Source: Ranitomeya imitator (taxonomy: Eukaryota). Taken from it: 64,000 bases of DNA. The position numbers were made by a program, and so were the translations under genes. The notes under the pieces were generated by a model. The model did no database searches and had not been told where the DNA came from. It was given only the letters and a program-made list of their open reading frames with translations. The stretch spans positions 133,982,001 to 134,046,000 of the forward strand of contig NC_091291.1 in assembly GCF_032444005.1 (NCBI RefSeq), written 5' to 3'. Positions 1-12,700 of the stretch are shown in pieces (the first letter of the stretch is position 1; every line of letters starts with the position of its first letter).

Positions 1-400
1 CACCTCAGGCCCCCAGTGTTGGCGCTTCCCGTTCCTTCCGGAAATACCTCTCTGTTGCTGCACAGATCCGGGAGCGGAACCTGTTCTATGAAGCTCTAGT
101 TGTAGGGGGGAATAATTGACTGCTGCACCGCGTTATAGTTTCCATAGAAACCTCAGCGGCTCTGCTTTGCCTCTCGGACTGAGCTCGTGAGTATGACTGG
201 CCGCCTTCACACCGGCTGTAATCCGCCGCCTTCTTTCAGACAATTACACACGGCGCAGAGTTTATCCTGATAACTGGACGCAAGAAGCAAAACAAAACCG
301 TTACCGGCTCCAACCGCGTCACGTGACCAAACGGCTGCTCTAGAGTGGCGGTCACGTGACGGCCTGATGACGTCAGCTGCAGTTTAGGCGGGAATCTGAC
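1..400. promoter_or_regulatory. CpG-rich promoter region of PIH1D2, probably bidirectional
   Basis: CpG-rich; X-box GTTTCCATAGAAAC 138-151; palindromic E-boxes GTCACGTGAC 318-327 and 351-360; CRE TGACGTCA 368-375; + strand donor GTGAGT at 187 could end a non-coding exon 1. Head-to-head NKAPD1 is inferred from human synteny only. Confidence 0.6.
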
Positions 401-471
401 AAGAAGGACGTGGCGCTTTTCCTCAAAGATCTTCCATATAGCACAGAAATGTTACCAGAGGCGAAGTGTAA

Positions 472-3400
472 AATAGAGCCCCAGAGCCCCCCGCTAGGTC
501 CGCTGTATAGGAGCCCCCTGCTAGGTCCGCTGTATAGGAGCCCCCCCGCTAGGTCCGCTGTATTGGAGCCCCCGAGCCCCCCTCTAGGTCCGCTGTATAG
601 GAGCTCCAGAGCCCCCCGCTAGGTCCGCTGTATAGGAGCCCCAGAGCCCCCCGCTAGGTCCGCTGTATAGGAGCCCCCTGCTAGGTCCGCTGTATAGGAG
701 CCCCCTGCTAGGTCCGCTGTATAGGAGCCCCCTGCTAGGTCCGCTGTATAGGAGCCCCCCCGCTAGGTCCGCTGTATTGGAGCCCCCGAGCCCCCCTCTA
801 GGTCCGCTGTATTGGAGCCCCCGAGCCCCCCTCTAGGTCCGCTGTATAGGAGCTCCAGAGCCCCCCGCTAGGTCCGCTGTATAGGAGCTCCAGAGCCCCC
901 CGCTAGGTCCGCTGTATAGGAGCCCCAGAGCCCCCCGCTAGGTCCGCTGTATAGGAGCCCCCTGCTAGGTCCGCTGTATAGGAGCCCCAGAGCCCCCCGC
1001 TAGGTCCGCTGTATTGGAGCCCCCGAGCCCCCCTCTAGGTCCGCTGTATAGGAGCTCCAGAGCCCCCCGCTAGGTCCGCTGTATAGGAGCTCCAGAGCCC
1101 CCCGCTAGGTCCGCTGTATAGGAGCCCCAGAGCCCCCCGCTAGGTCCGCTGTATAGGAGCCCCAGAGCCCCCCGCTAGGTCCGCTGTATAGGAGCCCCAG
1201 AGCCCCCCGCTAGGTCCGCTGTATAGGAGCCCCAGAGCCCCCCGCTAGGTCCGCTGTATAGGAGCCCCAGAGCCCCCCGCTAGGTCCGCTGTATAGGAGC
1301 CCCAGTAGCCCCCCGCTAGGTCCGCTGTATAGGAGCCCCAGAGCCCCCCGCTAGGTCCGCTGTATAGGAGCCCCAGAGCCCCCCGCTAGGTCCGCTGTAT
1401 AGGAGCCCCAGAGCCCCCCGCTAGGTCCGCTGTATAGGAGCCCCAGAGCCCCCCCGCAAGGTCCACTGTATAGGAGCCCCCCGCTAGGTCCGCTGTATAA
1501 GAGCCCCCCGCTATGTCCGCTGTATAGGAGCCCCAGAGCCCCCCCGCAAGGTCCACTGTATAGGAGCCCCAGAGCCCCCCGCTATGTCTGCTGTATAGGA
1601 GCCCCAGAGCCCCCCGCCAGGTCCGCTGTATAGGAGCCCCAGAGCCCCCCCGCAAGGTCCGCTGTATAGGAGCCCCAGAGCCCCCTGCTATGTCCGCTGT
1701 ATAGAAGCCCCAGAGCCCCCCGTTAGGTCTGCTGTATATGAGCCCCAGAGCCCCCCGCTAGGTCTGCTGTATAGGAGCCCCAGAGCCCCCTGCTATGTCC
1801 GCTGTATAGGAGCCCCAGAGCCCCCTGCTAGGTCCACTGTATAGGGGCCCCAGAGCCTCCCGCTAGGTCCGCTGTATAGGAGCGCCAGAGCTCCCCCCTA
1901 GGTCTGCTGTATAGGAGCCCCAGATCCCCCCGCTAGGTCTGCTGTATAGGAGCCCCAGAGCCCCCCGCTAGGTCCGTTGTATAGGAGCCCCCTGCTAGGT
2001 CCTCTGTATAGGAGCTCCAGAGCCCCCTGCTAGGTCCGCTGTATTGGAGCCCAAGAGCCCCCCTCTAGGTCCGCTGTATAGGAGCCCCAGAGCCCCCTGC
2101 TAGGTCCGCTGTATAGGAGCCCCCTGCTAGGTCCGCTGTATAGGAGCTCCAGAGCCCACTGCTAGGTCCGCTGTATAGGAGCCCAAGAGCCCCCCTCTAG
2201 GTCCGCTGTATAGGAGCCCCAGAGCCCCCTGCTAGGTCCGCTGTATAGGAGCCCCAGAGCCCACTGCTAGGTCTGCTGTATAGGAGCCCCAGAGCCCCCC
2301 GCTAGGTCCGCTGTATAAGAGCCCCCCCGCTATGTCCGCTGTATAGGGGCCCGAGAGCCCCCCGCTAGGTCCGCTGTATAGGAGCCCCAGAGCCCCCCCG
2401 CTAGGTCCGCTGTATAGGAGCCCCAGAGCCCCCCGCTAGGTCCGCTGTATAGGAGCCCCAGAGCCCCCCCGCAAGGTCCGCTGTATAGGAGCCCCAGAGC
2501 CCCCCGCAAGGTCCGCTGTATAGGAGCCCCAGAGCCCCCCGTTAGGTCTGCTGTATAGGAGCCCCAGAGCCCCCCGCTAGGTCTGCTGTATAGGAGCCCC
2601 AGAGCCCCCTGCTATGTCCGCTGTATTGGAGCCCCAGAGCCCCCTGCTAGGTCCACTGTATAGGGGCCCCAGAGCCCCCCGCTAGGTCCGCTGTATAGGA
2701 GCGCCAGAGCTCCCCCCTAGGTCTGCTGTATAGGAGCCCCAGAGCCCCCCGCTAGGTCCGTTGTATAGGAGCCCCCTGCTAGGTCCGCTGTATAGGAGCC
2801 CCCTGCTAGGTCCGCTGTATAGGAGCTCCAGAGCCCACTGCTAGGTCCGCTGTATAGGAGCCCTAGAGCCCCCTGCTAGGTCCGCTGTATTGGAGCCCAA
2901 GAGCCCCCCTCTAGGTCCGCTGTATAGGAGCCCCAGAGCCCCCTGCTAGGTCCGCTGTATAGGAGCCCCCTGCTAGGTCCGCTGTATAGGAGCTCCAGAG
3001 CCCACTGCTAGGTCCGCTGTATAGGAGCCCAAGAGCCCCCTGCTAGGTCCGCTGTATAGGAGCTCCAGAGCCCACTGCTAGGTCCGCTGTATAGGAGCCC
3101 TAGAGCCCCCTGCTAGGTCCGCTGTATTGGAGCCCAAGAGCCCCCCTCTAGGTCCGCTGTATAGGAGCCCCAGAGCCCCCTGCTAGGTCCGCTGTATAGG
3201 AGCCCCCTGCTAGGTCCGCTGTATAGGAGCTCCAGAGCCCACTGCTAGGTCCGCTGTATAGGAGCCCAAGAGCCCCCTGCTAGGTCCGCTGTATAGGAGC
3301 CCCAGAGCCCCCTGCTAGGTCCGCTGTATAGGAGCCCCAGAGCCCCCTGCTAGGTCCGCTGTATAGGAGCCCCAGAGCCCCCTGCTAGGTCCGCTGTATA

Positions 3401-3533
3401 GGAGCCCCAGAGCCCCCTGCTAGGTCCGCTGAATAGGAGCCCCAGAGCCCCCTGCTAGGTCCGCTGTATAGGAGCCCCCTGCTAGGTCCGCTGTATAGGA
3501 GCCCCAGAGCCCACTGCTAGGTCCGCTGTATAG
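472..3533. repeat. GC-rich minisatellite, 35-bp unit (agagccccccgctaggtccgctgtataggagcccc) with ~27-bp deletion variants
   Basis: Tandem units read directly over ~3 kb. Confidence 0.97.
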
Positions 3534-3956
3534 GATGGCTGTGAGGGTATGTGGGCTAATTGGGAATCTGTATTGGCCGACTGTAGAGCTGATTGACACC
3601 TCGGCTCCAACTGAGCTGTCTGATGCTTGAGGGCATCCTTGTGCCAAGTGTACCCGTCCTCTCTTACCTAGTCATTCACACAGGGGTCCTGAACTGTATT
3701 ACTATGGTGCAAAAAATTGAATGTGATCGTATTGCTGACCAGTTTACTGCTAGCAAAAGTGAATTTATTCCATAAAGGGTCAGTGAACATGCCATATTAC
3801 AGGTGGTCTGCTTGGTCCCATAGCCTCTAAGAGAGCAGCTACAAAATCCACCATCTTTCCCCAGGATTCGGTGGTCGCTTATTAACATTTGGTACGTGCT
3901 GGTTGTTTACCGTGCCAATGGCACACAAGGGCTGTGACAATTAGATGGGTTTCTAA

Positions 3957-4492
3957 TAATGTTGAGCGAATGTGCTCACACAAGGTGTTATCCAAATTTG
4001 CTTGGGTGCTAACTAGTGATGAGCGAGTGTTGCTCGGGTGATCTCTGAGTATTTGTTAGTGCTCGGAGATTTAGTTTTCCTTGCCGCAGCTGGATGATTT
4101 GCGGCTACTAGACAGCTTGATTACATGTGGGGATTCCCTAGCAACCAGGCAACCCCACATGTACTCAGGCTGGCTAGCAGCCGTAAATCATCCAGCTGTG
4201 GCAAGGAAAACTAAATCTCCAAGCAGTCACAAATACTCGGGAGACCACCCGAGCAACGAGTACACCCGCTCATCACTAGTGCTAACAGTTCCCCGCTAAC
4301 TTGAATGCTATGATTGACTTGCCCCGGCTGCATGTCTCAGAGCTGTTTGACAGCCGCAACACATGCAGGGCTAAGTGCCGCGAGATATACAACCTCGGTG
4401 TCTCAAACATAGTATTCGAGCACGCCGAAGATACTCTTAGCACCCGAGCATACTCAGATAACACTTTATCCAAGCATTTTAGCTCAACACTA
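3957..4492. mobile_element. Nested hAT-type MITEs (inner copy 4014-4278)
   Basis: Inner TIR TAGTGATGAGCG/CGCTCATCACTA with perfect 8-bp TSD GTGCTAAC (4006-4013, 4279-4286); outer TIR taatgttgagc/gctcaacacta. Confidence 0.75.
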
Positions 4493-5804
4493 GTTTTAAC
4501 CATTTTCTGCCACCTTTTCAGAATACTGTCCAGAACTTAGGATAGGTTATCCGCATCAGATAGTTGGGAGTATACCGTAATTACCGGGACATCATTCTAC
4601 AGTAATGCATTTCAGCTCCTATTGAAGTGAATATAATCCGACATGCGGTATCTGAGAGCGATGTTGTCTCTGATGTCAGACCCCCTCTGACCTGCTATGA
4701 CCTATTCTAAAGATTGGCCATCAGTCCTGGACAACACACACTGATTTCTCATGGGTAGGACGCATTCAGATGTCCGAGATGGGATTGCAGTACAGAGCCT
4801 GACCTCGGGTCAAACGTGACCCACGGCCAATCCGTGCATTGCTGTCTGTTCTAAGACCAATTTATACAGACATCTCAATGCTCCCTTGGCATTATTCTGC
4901 AGCCGTAATCCTCCTCAGGGTATGTACTTTAAATATTTACAGCAGAAATTTCTGCACCAAAATCTCATTAGCAGGAAAAAGGCTGTGTAAAATACCCGTC
5001 TTTTATACCCGTTTTTTAATATGTTTTTGGTGGGGGTTTTTCCCCCTATTCACTTGCATAAACATGGAAAGAATTTGTGTTCTGCAGATTTGAAACTTCA
5101 GTGGATCTACTAGAAAAAATAAGCAGCGTGTGCATGAGATATAGGAAATCTCATTCATTTACGGTAGCTGGTACTGCTATGCAGCGTTTTTGGTTGAGAA
5201 ATTTCTTCTACATGTTTTGCACATACCCTTAAAAGCGATGTTTTTTGGAGGATGGGTCCCATAATACATGATTTAATGGAACATGCCATATTTTTAATTT
5301 TACTGTATTCTTTGAATCCATAAGAGTAAAATCTTCTGTAGATCTCTGTATGGAACCAAACGAATGGCATTACGGTGTGCCCCATAGATTATGGATCTGT
5401 CATTTCTTTTTGATTTGGTGTTGCCGAGTGAAATAACTTTTTGTAAATATGGTCACAAGTGTCCACTGGGCGGTTCCAATGCCAGTAAAGTGCTCTGCCT
5501 CTTATCAGTAAACTCCTACTTGGAGTTGATTGATGAGATTTCTCTGCTGGACACATTGTGTCAGTGCTGTGCGAAATTAGTCAATTGACACGATGGGGGA
5601 GAGTTTAATGACGCGAGCCAGTGTACTTGATTGGCTTGGGACTGCAAAAGTAATCATATTTTCATAGAGAAAAAAGTCACAAGTAGATGAGAGAGAGAAA
5701 ATGCATTATTTTCCATGAGGTTCGGGTTTTGGTACCTAACCCGAACTTTTTAGAAAGATCTGTTTGGGTACCAGAACAGTACCCGAAGCCCATTGAAAAT
5801 AATG

Positions 5805-6175
5805 GATTCTCTTTCTTTCTTTCTCTTTTTCTTACTCTATTTCTTTGTCTCTTTCATTCTCTCGCTTTTTTCATTCTGTCGCTTTCTTTCTCTCACTTGC
5901 TTTCTTTCGCTTTCTTTCATTCTCTCGCTTTCTTTCATTCTCTCGCTTTCTCTCACTTTCTCTCGCTTTCTCTCACTTTCTCTCACTCTTTCTCTCGCTT
6001 TCTTTCATTCTCTTGCTTGTCTCTCACTCTTTCTCTCGCTTGCTTTCTCTCATTCTCTTGCTATCTTTCTCTCGCTCTCTTTATCTCGCTTGCTTTCTCT
6101 CGCTTTCTCTCATTCTCTTGCTTTCTCTCATTTTCTTGCTTTCTTTCTCTCGCTCTCTTTATCTCGCTTTCTTTT
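5805..6175. repeat. CT-rich simple/cryptic repeat
   Basis: Polypyrimidine (ctct/tttc) tract. Confidence 0.9.
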
Positions 6176-6569
6176 CTGTATTTTCCAGATCAGCTGTATA
6201 AAGCTGCTATGGCATCGGTCTGTGTGAATATTAGATTGTTTTTGCTTACATTGGATTACAGGCCGGTTCATAATCGCCTGCTCGTGCTTTAAGAAGTGGC
6301 AGCACAAGATATCACACACACTCCTCATCATTGAAATTGCAGCACCAAGAAGGACAAGTCTTGGAATTATGGAAATGGAACTACAGTGCAATCATTGTCT
6401 TCCTTCTCATCCACTAAAAGTGTGGGCACGAAAATCCAAACATTTGCACAGTTATTATGTTGGTCAGGACTTGTCTACATTTAACTTCTGTTTTCCATTT
6501 CTTCATTTGTCATTATCTCTTTTTCTCTATTAGAGAATAAAGGCCACAGCTTTTCTGCCAGAAATCAAG

Positions 6570-6752
6570 ATGGACACGAGTATGACCCCAGAGCACCTGT
6601 TATCTCAGGTCAACCACTTCTGGGGCATGCTGGACGACATGGCCGAGAACAACCCGCAGAGCTACCAGAAGTTCATGCAGCGACATCTGGAAGAAGGGAA
6701 GGAGTTCATGGCGCCCCCCGAACCACACTGGTGCCTTCAGACAAAAATACTG
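6570..6752 (+). CDS. PIH1D2: PIH1D2 coding exon 1
   Basis: ATG 6570, acceptor tag 6531-33, donor GT 6753. Confidence 0.93.
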
Positions 6753-9700
6753 GTACAGTTCTATTCATTACAATTTGTGACTTCATTAGATTGGCTTAAT
6801 GCTATAGCATTCGACACAACGTAAACCCCTTTCACACGTCCTGATATTTCTGGTACTGGAAAAACTAGTACCGATGCTATCCATGTCCGTGTACTATAAG
6901 TGTGTACCATCCGTGTGCATCATCAGTGTGACACGTGCGGGAATAGAATGCAGAATTGTAATGACAGATGTGTAGGTGTTAAATGTGCAAGATAGATGAT
7001 AGAAATATGTCAGCGACATGTATAATTATTGCTTTGCGTGTGTAGTTTTTTGTACTTGTATGTAGCTAATAAATAAATGAAAACATGGCATGGGATCACC
7101 CTTATTTTTACTAACCAGCTGAGGGTATGCAGACAGCTGGGGGCTGGCGTTATTATTCTGGGAAGGCGCCAATATCCATGGAGCTTCCCAGCCTATTAAT
7201 AACAGTTCACAGCTGTCTGCATAGCCTTTTTGGTTATTAAAAAGGGGTGACCCAAAGAAAAAATAAGGGGTCCCCCAAATTTTTACTAACCAAGAAATGC
7301 TAAACAGACAGCTGCAGGCTGATATTAATAGGCTGAGAAGGTGCCATGGATATTGGCCTCCTCATAGACTAATAACAATAGCCCTCAGTCTTTCCAGATA
7401 TGGTGCGTCTATTAGATGTGCCAATTCTGGAGCTTGGCCTCGGCTCTTCCCGATTGCCCTGGTATGTTGGCAATTGGGGTAATGGTTTTGGGATTGATGT
7501 CAGCTGTGTAATGTCCGCTGACATCAAGCGCAGGGGTTAGTAATGGAGAGGCATCTATCAGACACCCCCATTACTAACCCTGTGGGGTTATGACATGTGC
7601 AGTCCCATAGAATTACACTGAAACAGTGAAATGTGAAGGAGGCTTTAGGCTATGTGCACACATTGCGGATCTGTGTGCGGATTTTTCCTCACCGTTTTTG
7701 AAAAATCCGCAGGTAAAATGCAATTTACCGCGTATTTCCTGCGGATTTCACCTGCAGATTCCTATACAGGAACAGGTGTAAAACGCTGCAGAATCCGCAC
7801 AAAGAATTGACATGCTGCGGAAAATACAACGCAGAGTTTCAATGTGGTATTTTACGCACCATGGGCACTGCGGATTTGGTTTTCCATAGGTTTACATGGT
7901 ACTGTACACCGCATGGAAAACTGCTGCGAATCTGCAGCGGCCAATCCACTGCGGATCCACAGCCAAATCATCCGCAACGTGTGCACATAGCCTGACAGTG
8001 AAGCCTCTTAGTGCTGCGGTTTGCTGACACCTGCAGACGGGAATGGAGACAATACATAGTGATTTATACAAGGGGTCCTAGATTTATGTAAGCTAAGCTT
8101 GTCTCACTAAGGCAGGGGTCTCACGTTTGTTATAGTCTGTGATCAAATCACAATCCCCGGCATGGCTAACAGTTCACCTTACCTGAGCTAACTGCCTTAT
8201 AGATGCATGTACAGCAGTTGTTTCAGGTCAGGAGGTTCGTCAGTCGGGCCAGGTATTTCAAACAGGGCCAACGCTTTCATGGGTAGATCTTCCTGTCACG
8301 TTCATTCAATGATGGTCGAGGCATTATGGTCTGTTGGATATTTAACTTCCATTCCCAGGTCAGCAAAGCTGCCACTTGGGACTTGGTTTGTACCTTCGAC
8401 TAGTTCTTCAAATTTCTCATCATGGCATCTGCCGATGCTAGTGTGATGTGTAAGGTTAAACAACTAATATTTGATTACCAGAGGGATAAATCATAAATGT
8501 CTCACAGGTATCCACTCTATTTATTTAAAATTTAACCTTTATTAGACCTTAATAAATATACTAATAATAAACAACATACCAAACACCACGAGAAAGAAAA
8601 CAACCAGGGGCGTGCCTACCCCTACACTGGCCTAACTGACCATACCTATTTGCGGAGGTTGGCACTCTAAAAACCTGCGCAGTGGCGCCCCCGCTCCTCG
8701 ACGGCTCTCCCTGCTCACCCTATAGGGCCCTATAGTGGCAGGAGGTGAAGAAGATGGTGAATAGGTAGGTGAGAAAGAGAAGAGGTATGTATCTGATCAA
8801 TAGGTGTATAGACTGATTATACTATATGCAATCGTTCACTTAGTCCTCTAGTGGAGATATCCGATCCTGTTTGCAATTATCCTCAATATATATAGTCAGA
8901 ATAACTAGTTGTAATAGATAACTCAATCTTCCAGTGAATACACTAGATGGCAATTTGCAGTAGACCTAGTGGACTTCACTAATGTAGTTATAGTGGCTAA
9001 ACTAATATTTCTGATGACACCCATATACTACACTTATAGCCATTCATAGCTATATACCATCCATATTTCCCCACATAGGGATGTATTTAATAAAGTGATG
9101 TTTCTATAGATCTTAATATATCTACAATATGCAAACTAATATAGAGGACATGCAGACTGATAGTCTAAATATACCTAACTCCAAGTGGTATTAATATATA
9201 TGCATAGGCCAGGAAGATAAACTTATATATATAATAAATAACGAAAAAAAGGAACAAAAACACACACACCAACCACCCTTAAAACAGTATTAAACAATCT
9301 TAGTCAAATGGCAACTTAGGACAACCATTACATCCTTTGTCCAATATTAAAGTCCACTATCGACTTCCAGGGCATATTGCCCATATACATTCTGTATCAA
9401 TTTTAAGTAGATAAATTGTACCAAGTTGAATTTACCGAGGCAGGGGATTGTCCCGACCACGCTACTGGATTCACGCACCGTATACCAGTATCTGCAGATA
9501 AGTACCTTGTGTATATCCTCCTCCTGATGAACCTCGGTTAAGAGGGGAAACGCGTCGAGTAACTAAATTCAACTTGGTACAATTTATCTACTTAAAATTG
9601 ATACAGAATGTATATGGGCAATATGCCCTGGAAGTCGATAGTGGACTTTAATATTGGACAAAGGATGTAATGGTTGTCCTAAGTTGCCATTTGACTAAGA

Positions 9701-12700
9701 TTGTTTAATACTGTTTTAAGGGTGGTTGGTGTGTGTGTTTTTGTTCCTTTTTTTCGTTATTTATTATATATATAAGTTTATCTTCCTGGCCTATGCATAT
9801 ATATTAATACCACTTGGAGTTAGGTATATTTAGACTATCAGTCTGCATGTCCTCTATATTAGTTTGCATATTGTAGATATATTAAGATCTATAGAAACAT
9901 CACTTTATTAAATACATCCCTATGTGGGGAAATATGGATGGTATATAGCTATGAATGGCTATAAGTGTAGTATATGGGTGTCATCAGAAATATTAGTTTA
10001 GCCACTATAACTACATTAGTGAAGTCCACTAGGTCTACTGCAAATTGCCATCTAGTGTATTCACTGGAAGATTGAGTTATCTATTACAACTAGTTATTCT
10101 GACTATATATATTGAGGATAATTGCAAACAGGATCGGATATCTCCACTAGAGGACTAAGTGAACGATTGCATATAGTATAATCAGTCTATACACCTATTG
10201 ATCAGATACATACCTCTTCTCTTTCTCACCTACCTATTCACCATCTTCTTCACCTCCTGCCACTATAGGGCCCTATAGGGTGAGCAGGGAGAGCCGTCGA
10301 GGAGCGGGGGTGCCACTGCGCAGGTTTTTAGGGTGCCAACCTCCGCAAATAGGTAAGGTCAGTTAGGCCAGTGTAGGGGTAGGCACGCCCCTGGTTGTTT
10401 TCTTTCTCGTGGTGTTTGGTATGTTGTTTATTATTAGTATATTTATTAAGGTCTAATAAAGGTTAAATTTTAAATAAATAGAGTGGATACCTGTGTGTGA
10501 TGTGTAAGGTCTTGCAAGCCCCTCTGTGTGCTAAGTGGTCAGCACTGGCAGTTTTCGGTATTGCTCACTCTCTGCGACTGTCCTAGGATGTCCTATGGCA
10601 CGGAGTCCCCAGGAACATTTGATTTTTTTGCCTTGAAGTAAAACCCTTTTCTCATTGAATATAGTGGAGGACACCGATCTCACCGTTTATTTGTGCGACC
10701 ATCTTGGACATACCGGTAGTTCAGGATGCTTTTGGTCAACTTTCTCTTTCCGAGGTTCAATTCCTTTTGGCTTTTAGTTGTTACACATCACGTTTTTGCT
10801 ATTGTACTGCTTTTGGCTCTAAACTGAGTTGCCTAATGTCTTAGAGGTTATTGCCCACTGTCAACCACTTTTAGCACAGTGTATACTCAGACTTGTGTCT
10901 TCCAATGTATTCAATGAGAAAGGGATTTTATTGTCCGTACAAATACTCCATTTTTCCAAAATCCTAATATGCATAGACCGTTATATTCACATTATGTAAC
11001 TATATTTGAATTACTTCATTAACATTTAACATGTGTTTCTTATTAACTATACGTGCAGGAACCAGATGAACGATTGTTTTTTATTAACATTTGTGGATGG
11101 AGAAGGGTCCCGGCTCCTGAATCTGATGGACATCCTGTGCCCCTCGTAGCTGGGGAATTAGTGGACATGACGGATGGAGCAGGTGAGAGAGAACCAACAT
11201 TATTTCTGCCAATCCTGGACTGTCAAAGAAACATAGTAAATTGTTATTATAAATTTTCTACACAGGAATGTAAAAAGATGGACATGAGTAATTGAATGAA
11301 AGTTGATATCTGTAATCAGACACTCTAAGGGTACCGTCACACTAGCAGTATTGGTCAGTATTTTACATCAGTATGTGTAAGCCAAAACCAGGAGTGGAAC
11401 AATTAGAGGAAAAGTATAATAGAAACATATGCACCACTTCTGTATTTATCACCCACTGCTGGTTTTGGCTACAAATACTGATGTAAAATACTGACCAAAT
11501 ACTGCTAGTGTGACGGCAGCCTTATTGTCTTAGAAACCTAAGAGAATGAAGTAAGGAAGACAAAATAAGATTGCAGCCTGCTCAGCGTCATCCAGATTTA
11601 AAGGGAAACTCTACCTTTTGTCTGCTGTTTACAGCCAGTTTCATTCCTGGCTCTAGTATGAACTGTCGTGTGTGGGGCAGCCGTGCATCTCCTGACCTGA
11701 ACTCAATATATGAGGCTGTCAAATTCGGGTCAGAAGATCCGTGGTCAATCCGGACATCAATGTCTGTACTCCGACCAGGACTGTCCAATGTGCAAAACCG
11801 ACCTTATAATGCACAGGTGTTGTGCAGACATTGGTGAACTCTGGTCGGTCAGACATTGCACAAACTTTAGAGGGAAGAGGTGAGGTCCCAGTGCTGTTCG
11901 CTTCTGCATTGGAAGGTGAGCGGCTTCTGGACGTGTGTACAACTCATACAGCACCTATTATAGTCAGTGGGGTCTGTTAGGAACCGCTGCAGTCCATTAT
12001 GTGAAGGATCCAGCACTTCCATCATATTCATTTTGGTTTTCTAAAAAATGAGTTGATAAATGCAGGAGTGAACAGAGCCTAAAGCACTTGTACACGGTCA
12101 GCCATGATGTTCTTCACATGTTGTGATGCACGAATGACGGGTGGGGTTCACATAACTGATGCCATGTTTAATCGGTTTCCTGTAGCTCTATTATGTGTTA
12201 CATGGGCTTTACCATTTCTTGGTGCACGGACCGAAGTTATATCATGGGTATAACCCAACACACAGAATGAGCAAAGGACGGCACTAGAGAAGCACAAATC
12301 AATATGGAAATATACTCTTTAGAGAACATCCGAGAAATATGCAGGTGGCACGTATGTTCTGGGTATATGGTGCTCAGCACTGATAGGCAATCCAGAGTAA
12401 ATACGATGAAACAAGAAAGAAAACAGTGCGGCACTCACCCTTATTATATGAAGCTATGAAATCGTGCTCTTTATTGGAGAAAAAAATCCATTAGGACATC
12501 AGGTCAGCGAGAGGGTGCGGAGGTGGAGTGTGGACGACGGCCGTTTCGCACGGTATGTGCTTCAACGGGTCCATTTCACTGATTACTAAACGTCATTTCC
12601 TTATAAAGGGTTCCCGACGTGTGAATACAATAACAACAGTGCATATTCACCTACACATGAACTAAGTGAAATTGTGCAAATAATATACATTAATAAACAG

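Noticed and set aside
1-120. NKAPD1 first exon on the - strand
   Set aside because: Only a possible donor (cacct at 1-5) and human synteny support it; no coding sequence in the window
472-3533. CRISPR-like periodic array
   Set aside because: No unique spacers, no cas genes, eukaryotic context; the same holds for the other arrays
5687-6292. Leu/Ser/Phe-rich membrane-like ORFs
   Set aside because: CT simple repeat
8503-10495. Palindromes as assembly or read fold-back artefacts
   Set aside because: Flanking TSDs, asymmetric stubs and arm differences argue for real insertions, though raw reads were not available
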